A stretch of 44,922 nucleotides of DNA from NCBI RefSeq assembly GCF_001194135.2, contig NC_068987.1, positions 27,255,525-27,300,446 on the forward strand, given 5' to 3'. A program made the translations under genes and the position numbers. Under the pieces are notes generated by a model, which saw only the letters and a program-made list of their open reading frames with translations, searched no databases and was not told the origin of the DNA. The stretch is from Octopus bimaculoides (lineage: Eukaryota). Positions 37,500 to 44,922 of this stretch are shown piece by piece (position 1 is the stretch's first letter; every line of letters starts with the position of its first letter).

Positions 37500-37820
37500 G
37501 AATTTGGTGCATGATAGAGTGTGCATTTTATTGCCCAAATCCACAATTGCTAACCCGATGAAAGTTCATCCAGAATTCATGGCAGGAGGATACCAAGTTT
37601 TGATTTGAAGACGCCTACAACCAGACCACGCAGGTCTCTTGGGCTTTGGGGGAGGTTATTGAAGATATGTAGCCTTGAAACCCAAGGTGTTGTAGTATAT
37701 GGTACCGTATCTTGAAAGCGATCGTAAGATCTTTGGCACTATGCGATGGCACCCCGTTCTTCTTTTTGTGTAACTTCTAATGCCAAAGTTTAGTACAAGT
37801 ATTTTCCATATTTTCCTGAT
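37500..37820 (-). mobile_element. CR1-type LINE ORF2 C-terminal/3' fragment
   Basis: Minus-strand frames give KIWKILVLNFGIRSYTKRRTGCHRIVPKI..SRYGTIYYNTLGFK / IFNNLPQSPRDLRGLVVGVFKSKLGILLP*ILDE, typical of the post-RT tail of invertebrate CR1-clade LINEs. Confidence 0.8.
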
Positions 37821-38814
37821 GCATGTTTTTCGCGATATTTAACTTGAATCTGACCTTGTTTTGAGTACGTGGTATTGACAAGTCATAAAGATGACGAAGG
37901 ATTAATGCCTATCTCATCTGTTACGGGACCTGACAAGAGTTATCTCGCTTGTCTATGACTTCCAGGTGTTTTAACCTCACACACCTTCATGAAAATATAT
38001 TTACTTACTTAGGCCTACAATCGCAGCCTGCCCACGAAGTGACAAAACATATTCCTTGTGTATATGTGTTCGTTACTCTTTACATCCCTCGTGCTGTTAC
38101 TTATTCGTATTTGAATATATATATATATATATATATANNNNNNNNNNNNNNNNNNNNNNNNNNNNNNNNNNNNNNNNNNNNNNNNNNNNNNNNNNNNNNN
38201 NNNNNNNNNNNNNNNNNNNNNNNNNNNNNNNNNNNNNNNNNNNNNNNNNNNNNNNNNNNNNNNNNNNNNNNNNNNNNNNNNNNNNNNNNNNNNNNNNNNN
38301 NNNNNNNNNNNNNNNNNNNNNNNNNNNNNNNNNNNNNNNNNNNNNNNNNNNNNNNNNNNNNNNNNNNNNNNNNNNNNNNNNNNNNNNNNNNNNNNNNNNN
38401 NNNNNNNNNNNNNNNNNNNNNNNNNNNNNNNNNNNNNNNNNNNNNNNNNNNNNNNNNNNNNNNNNNNNNNNNNNNNNNNNNNNNNNNNNNNNNNNNNNNN
38501 NNNNNNNNNNNNNNNNNNNNNNNNNNNNNNNNNNNNNNNNNNNNNNNNNNNNNNNNNNNNNNNNNNNNNNNNNNNNNNNNNNNNNNNNNNNNNNNNNNNN
38601 NNNNNNNNNNNNNNNNNNNNNNNNNNNNNNNNNNNNNNNNNNNNNNNNNNNNNNNNNNNNNNNNNNNNNNNNNNNNNNNNNNNNNNNNNNNNNNNNNNNN
38701 NNNNNNNNNNNNNNNNNNNNNNNNNNNNNNNNNNNNNNNNNNNNNNNNNNNNNNNNNNNNNNNNNNNNNNNNNNNNNNNNNNNNNNNNNNNNNNNNNNNN
38801 NNNNNNNNNNNNNN

Positions 38815-40063
38815 AATAAATTATATCCCCTGGCATTTTTGCACGGGTCATTGTTCTTGCATCTGCAGGAATTCTTATTTGTGTACCGTGGAGAAAACTT
38901 TCTTCATTGTAATTAAAATGGCACCAAAGGGAAAAGAATTGTCTGAAAATTTGAAAAAAATTATTTTGAATTTGCAACAAACTTCGTCTAGATCGTTCTT
39001 CTATTTTAACTGCTCATGATATTCGCCTCGCCCAATGTGGCGTGATGGACGTCAGGCGTCGTAGCGCTTCATCTTTGGCGCAAGAAGTGTCTTCTAGTGG
39101 AAAGAGTATATCCGACCAATCAGTTCACCGAAGTTTGAACCAATGTGGTCTTCATTGCCCCATTCTGCGTCGGAAGCCTCTCCACACTACCAGGCATAAA
39201 TCAAGTCTTCTTTCTTTTGCCGAAACCTATGCGAGTAAGGGGATGGAGTTTTGGAATAAAAGTATTTTTTCTGACGAGACTAAAATCAACTTGTTTGGGT
39301 CAGATGGTATTAAACGATCATGGCGACGACCAGATGAAGAAAATAGCGAGAAGTCCACCTTGCCTACCATGAAATACGGTGGCGGAGGTGCTATGCTTTG
39401 GGGATGCATAAGTTCGGCTGGTGTGAGAGGACTGATATTTATTGAGCAAACAATGGATTCAAAGCTTTAGTGTGACACATTGCAGAAAATAATGTTGAAA
39501 AGCATCAAGGAACTAGGAAGACATTCCATGTTCCAACATGATAATGGCCCTAAACACACTTCAAAGATGACGACTAAATTGTTATTAGATAAAAAGTTAA
39601 AGTTGTTGTCTTGGTTTACCATGTCACCTGATTTAAACCCAATAGAACATCTGTGGGATGTTTTGAAAAGGAAGGTTGGAAAGAAAACCCCTGCAATGTA
39701 ACGTTGCTGAAAGACATTATTCAGGATGAATGGAAGCCAATTTCATCGGTTATATGCAGAAATTTAGTCGACTCTATGATCGTAAGACTTAATGCAGTCA
39801 TTGAATGCAAGGCCAGTCACACCTAATATTGAATATAGCAAATGATACTTTAGGGTGTACACATTTTTGTATCGTTTGAAAATTAATATTTCATCCATAT
39901 CTTTGAAAATGTTTATTATTTTGTGTCCCAAATTTGTATAATGTTTACATTTATAATATATTTTATGCAGTATAAATTTCGTTTGATTTCCTTCAATATT
40001 ATCAGAATAATGGCAATTTTTACTGAAATCGTTGACGGGTGTACATACTTCTGTGAGATACTG
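38815..40063 (+). mobile_element. Tc1-family DD34E transposon, transposase pseudogene (38918-39832); left TIR probably in the gap
   Basis: MAPKGKELSENLKKII..; FSDETKINLFGSDG; TMKYGGGGAMLWGC; FQHDNGPKH-(34 aa)-SPDLNPIEHLW; C-terminal ASHT*Y*. It has premature stops, frameshifts and a shortened HTH region. The right TIR ends gtgtacatacttctgtgagatactg at 40063, next to a TA-rich tract. Confidence 0.95.
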
Positions 40064-40067
40064 CATG

Positions 40068-40105
<38 letters not shown>

Positions 40106-40227
40106 AATGTAATAATTTTGAATACAGTACTTATATCAATCCAATAATTAGGCTACAACAATGATATGATACATTATTTTTGGGTTATGAAATGAGGAGA
40201 AATTGTACGGTTAAATATAATATCAAT

Positions 40228-40426
40228 TTTCAATTTTGAGACAAACTTAGCAATTTCGGGGTGGTAGCAATTTGATTCCAACGATCTTACTGTTTAACTG
40301 GTACTTATTTCATCGATACCGAAAGAATGAAAGGCAAAGTCTATCTCAGTGGAATTTATACTCAAAACAGACGAAATTATGCTAAGCTTTTGGCCCGGGA
40401 TGCTAACGATTCTGCCAGCTCACCAC
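40228..40426 (-). mobile_element. Deu/Nin-domain SINE
   Basis: aactggtacttatttcatcgataccgaaagaatgaaaggcaaagtc...gctaacgattctgccagctcacc. Confidence 0.88.
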
Positions 40427-41466
40427 GTAATGGACAAGTATAATATTAATGGCAGATAGCACAAGATAAACTTGTTTTCATTTATGGATAATAAAAACAA
40501 TTTTCTGAGATATGACCATAAATCAGATTATTTGGTATATTTATTTTTTAAAAAAACGATGGGAATAACATTTGGGGTGTATTTTGTGTAGTTTTAACAT
40601 TGAAGAGGGAAAGAAAAAACACATAAAAATTTTGAAATACAATTGTCATATTGCCAAATTATATAACAAGTAATTGTAAAGCATTATAATTAGCTATGTA
40701 TGATAAATCAATACAACTAAAGAAGACTAACTTAAACGAACATTTTAGAAAATAAATATTCAAGGAAGTAAACAGCAATGCTTAATATAAGCGATCAAGT
40801 ACAAATAAAATAAATTTGTAGCTATTAGCACTTCGACCACATCGATTTGAAGCACTGGAGAAATGTCATTTTAAGATGGGATAAAGAATAGAAGATAACC
40901 GAGATAGGAAATCCTCTAATATAATGATTATATGAGTAGGATTACAACCATAAAGTGCTATTAACACGATTTATATAGCCATTACAAAGAAAAAAATAAG
41001 TGCGCAAACTGTACAGAGATCGAGTTACTGTCATATGGTATGTAAGCACTAGAGTGAAATGCTGTTATATGAGATAAACAAAACTGCAGTAATGAAACTA
41101 AAGACAGTAAAATATATGAAATATATATCTATATATATCAGAAGTAGATGGATTGAAAGAAGTAAACGTGATATATTATCAACGAAAGAAATTCTATGAA
41201 CAGATTACCGAGGGAGATGCATGGGTGGATATCGTAAATTACTGTCCCAGTATCAGAACCAAAGCCTCACACTAACGCACTGGTCTGTGAAGTGCAGAAG
41301 CAGAACACCGACAACACACTTCACGTAGCTTTTACATGTCCAAAAACACTCGAACTATATGCAGACTAATTGGGAAAAAAAAAACAATAAGATGTACAGT
41401 TCAGTAGCAGTATATAAGAGAATACATGAAAATGCCACACAAATCGTTCAATTTTATTTTTACTTT

Positions 41467-41556
41467 ATGAAAGAAAAAAATATGAAAGAAAAAAATATGA
41501 AAGAAAAAAATATGAAAGAAAAAAATATGAAAGAAAAAAATATGAAAGAAAAAAAT
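41467..41556. repeat. Perfect 15-bp tandem repeat x6 (atgaaagaaaaaaat)
   Basis: Copies start at 41467, 41482, 41497, 41512, 41527 and 41542. Confidence 0.97.
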
Positions 41557-42144
41557 ATCCTGGAAATGATTTTGACATTATATGAATTTGCAGTGAATGT
41601 AGTTTGGGATTTCATACAGCAACGCAATCATATTATGATTAAAATACTAGAGCCAATGAAAGAGCTCGAAATGCTAGAAACGACAGCCACATATGCAAGA
41701 AATCATGTTCTGTTATTTTATGAACATTAGATATCGGCCAACGTAATTAGTGAAAAATTGCCTAAGACAGCTGGGTTGGGTGAGAAAATGACGATATGAT
41801 CGCAAGGTGAATACCTTACATCATAAGTCTGCTGGTTCTAGTCTGACCTGAAGCTAAACAGTATCATCATATAAAACCACAACTATACTGGGGAATGCCC
41901 ATATTATTGTAGAGAAGACAAAGTAAAACAGGAAGCAATAATGTTGTAATTTGTAGAATTGCTACAAATCATATGAAAGAAAAGAAGGTAGGGAAATGTT
42001 CGGCTTAAATCGAGTTATTTAAAAAAACATCGCTAGTACAGAAAACATATGTAAATAATAATAGTAACAGGATTTCTAGGAAGAATTTCTAATAGAAAAG
42101 TGATGAGGTCATTAATAAAATGAATTGCAATTATACCTTAATGT

Positions 42145-42170
42145 AAGGTGACGAGTTGGCAGAATCGTTA
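42145..42170 (+). mobile_element. Short head fragment of the Deu/Nin SINE
   Basis: aaggtgacgagttggcagaatcgtta matches the 5' head of the other copies. Confidence 0.55.
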
Positions 42171-44539
42171 TCTTCAGATCTTATTGTATCGTCCTAAAAG
42201 TAGGAGCGAATATTGGGCATTGTAAATACATACAAATGCCGCTATTGTTGGAACGCTTTAGATTATAAATCTCCATTTTGCCGCCTCGGGCTATACAACA
42301 AGACTGATATCAACTGTTAATTATGTAATCGAAAGAATGAATAACCTCAGTGAAATTATATAATCAAATCATAAGGAGACAATCAAATACCAAGATTTTT
42401 GTATATTCGTTTTCCGATAGCGTTTCTGCCATTCACTCCAAATATTTACAGTACTTTACGACTAAATGACCTAAATCAAGATTGAATACAATAGCAGCTG
42501 TATACAAATATTAAGGATTCTTTAGTCGAAATGAACGAAAAAGAAAAAAAAGTTGATCAAATACGTGTCTGAAGATAATATTCTTTATTCGTTTCACTTC
42601 ATGGATTCCCTAGGTGAAATGAACATGCAATAGACAAAACATGCATGTCTGGAAAGGATCTTTCCGAACGTCTGAATCTTCGATTTGGACGAAGCCGGTC
42701 GTGAGGGTACAAGTATATATGAGTAGATCTTTTCCAATTTTTGTACAATTACATTTCTGGAAATGGCTCGTGTTAGACGTCTTCTTCGCACAACAGTACA
42801 ACAGATGTAAGCTAACACTATACCCGCAATTGTAATTTCTAAAGTAACTGCATTATTTACTTTTATAGGGAATATAATTATCTGGAAATATTCTGAACAA
42901 TATTTCAGCCTATAAGTAAATTTTAAATTGAATACATCTCCCTCTCTTTCCCTGTCTATGTCTTTCTATCAACCCATCTTCCTCCCATTCTGCATAACTA
43001 ATGAGCTATTAATATAAAAGGACAATGACTTCCTCCCAGTGAAAAGCTTTCATTAAATACTTTCCATATATCTTCCCTTCCTCTAAAGCAATGGATTTCT
43101 TGTAATATAATGTAATTAATAAACAATATTCTCATGAATGCTAATACTAATATAATAAAAATAAATTAAGTATAAATTTTTATACTGATATGAAATCCAC
43201 AAGTGTGGGAAAGCTGTATCAGCCATAAAAACCGACAGGGGCAAAATAAAGTTATGAATTCTGGAAGTAAATGCTTTTATCTCAGAAAAAGTACAAGCTT
43301 ACGACTAGCATGAAAAGAAACCATAGATGGATATGATAGATATGATAGAATACTAAACCATCCGTGAATGTTGATAGATTAGTTAAACAATGATTTTCTA
43401 CAGAATTCTGTATGCCAGTTTTATTAACAAGACGTCGAATACTTCGAAGTTTTAGCAGAAGTACTTGCTCAAAGTAACTCGTTGTAGGACTGAACCCGCT
43501 TTTTGAGGGGATTTCCATAAATATTTATTTCCATAAAAAAATTACCATAGGAGGATGCTCCATGAAAAAGTATTAAAAATGGCTCAAGCTGAATGTGATT
43601 AATATCCTGCTTTTATAACGGTACGTCAACTGCGTAACTTAAAACGGATAAGCATGACGGAGTATAAGATCTTTTGAGAAAGCATTTGAATAAAGTATAT
43701 TATTAGGTTTAATGAAGATATTACGTATCATAGACATGTGTATACGCTCGAACTGTATGATGCTATAACAGAAAGATAAACATATGTTTATAGATAATTT
43801 TCCGTTCATTCTCCCATATGTATATATAGGAAGATACTTGACTTAGGAGTAATTGGAAGACGATTGGGAATATATGAAGCATGCGGTTTATTAAGGCGGA
43901 ATTTGTTCTGCAACTTCAAAATATTTTTTTTATATGCACATTACATCAACGTTTCACTATGTATTGCTATTTCATGCTATATGAATATTCTTTGTTGAAT
44001 TATTTGCTGGTTTCATCTTCATGTATCATTTGCCTTATAAATATATGTATAAGATATAACGCTCATTTTCAACAGAAGTATTTACAATTAGTACAGGATC
44101 ACTGTATTTTAGGCATGATTTATTGAACCGAATAGACAAAGTTTTGATTAGAATAGTACTAATTACATTGATCTGCAAATACCAATAACTGCGGTGGATA
44201 AGAAGTCGGATTATAAACGCTTGAAAGATTTCTTGAGTTTCAGCATTTCAACCTTGCAAAAGTCATCGATGAATATCACTTTTCTATTTCAGTATAATGT
44301 ACAATAATGTAAAAATACATTTGGATCAACAAAGATGTAGTATTACTAATAAATAACGCTTTCTCATATATGCATAAGAAGCAGATTTTAAAAGAGAAAG
44401 TGGTACTCTCACTTAAAACTGGGGTGTAATATTTTGATTGATAACGCACAGAAAGTTCTTCACAGTGGATCCTGGTAGTAATTTAACAGCAAACATGTAC
44501 GTCAAGCAGTGTATGTAATGTAGTTTTTTCTAATATAAT

Positions 44540-44922
44540 ATGAAATACATTACTAAATCGGTTGAATTCATCTTACGAAACAACCACTTCATGTTTGACA
44601 AAACTTTCTACCGACAAAAATCCGGAATTGCTATGGGCACTAGGGCAGCTCCAGTCATTGCGAACCTAACAATGGGTTACTTGGAAATAATAATATGCCA
44701 GGAATCTGTATCCACCTTTGGAAACACCCTTTCCCAATACATAAAAAGAAAATTGGAAAAGGTTCCTGAACGACTGTTTCATACTCTGGAATGAAAACAC
44801 AGATGAACTCTTGAAATTCAAAAGTCTATTGAACAGTATCAACCCAAACATACAGTTCACAATGGAGTACAACCAAAAGGAGCTCCCATTCTTGGATATA
44901 CTAATTAAAAAAGTAAACCTAA
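44540..44922 (+). mobile_element. Penelope-like element (PLE) reverse transcriptase fragment, running off the window
   Basis: FILRNNHFMFDKTFYRQKSGIAMGTRAAPVIANLTMGYLE, then after a frameshift in an A-rich run WKRFLNDCFILW...LNSINPNIQFTMEYNQKELPFLDILIKK. These are classic PLE RT motifs (Y.Q..G.AMG...P..AN, W.R..DD, I.FT.E, LPFLD), with the catalytic DD altered to ND. Confidence 0.9.

Overview
This is AT-rich, microsatellite-dense eukaryotic DNA with 8 assembly gaps. The SINE families and repeat landscape strongly suggest an octopod cephalopod; this is inferred from recalled repeat consensus, not from a search. No intact protein-coding gene, rRNA or CRISPR array can be supported, and almost all long ORFs in the track are artefacts of N-gaps or microsatellites. 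The window reads as intronic or intergenic sequence littered with decayed mobile elements. SINEs: nine copies or fragments of a tRNA-derived Deu/Nin-domain SINE, plus CORE-like and V-domain SINEs. Retroelements: CR1-type, RLE-type (R4/Dong-like) and Penelope-like remnants. DNA transposons: a Tc1 DD34E element, two rosa/maT-type mariner derivatives, a Merlin (IS1595/ISXO2-like) transposase remnant and hAT ends. Most interesting: (i) an 866-bp fold-back element built from two 3' halves of a DD41D mariner (19137-20002); (ii) a decayed minimal type-I hammerhead-ribozyme motif in a repeat nested inside another mariner (6663-6848); (iii) a Tc1 with IR/DR ends resembling vertebrate Tc1s; (iv) a possible frameshifted Ser/Thr-rich glycoprotein exon (15551-16056). 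A few isolated candidate exons are given at low confidence.
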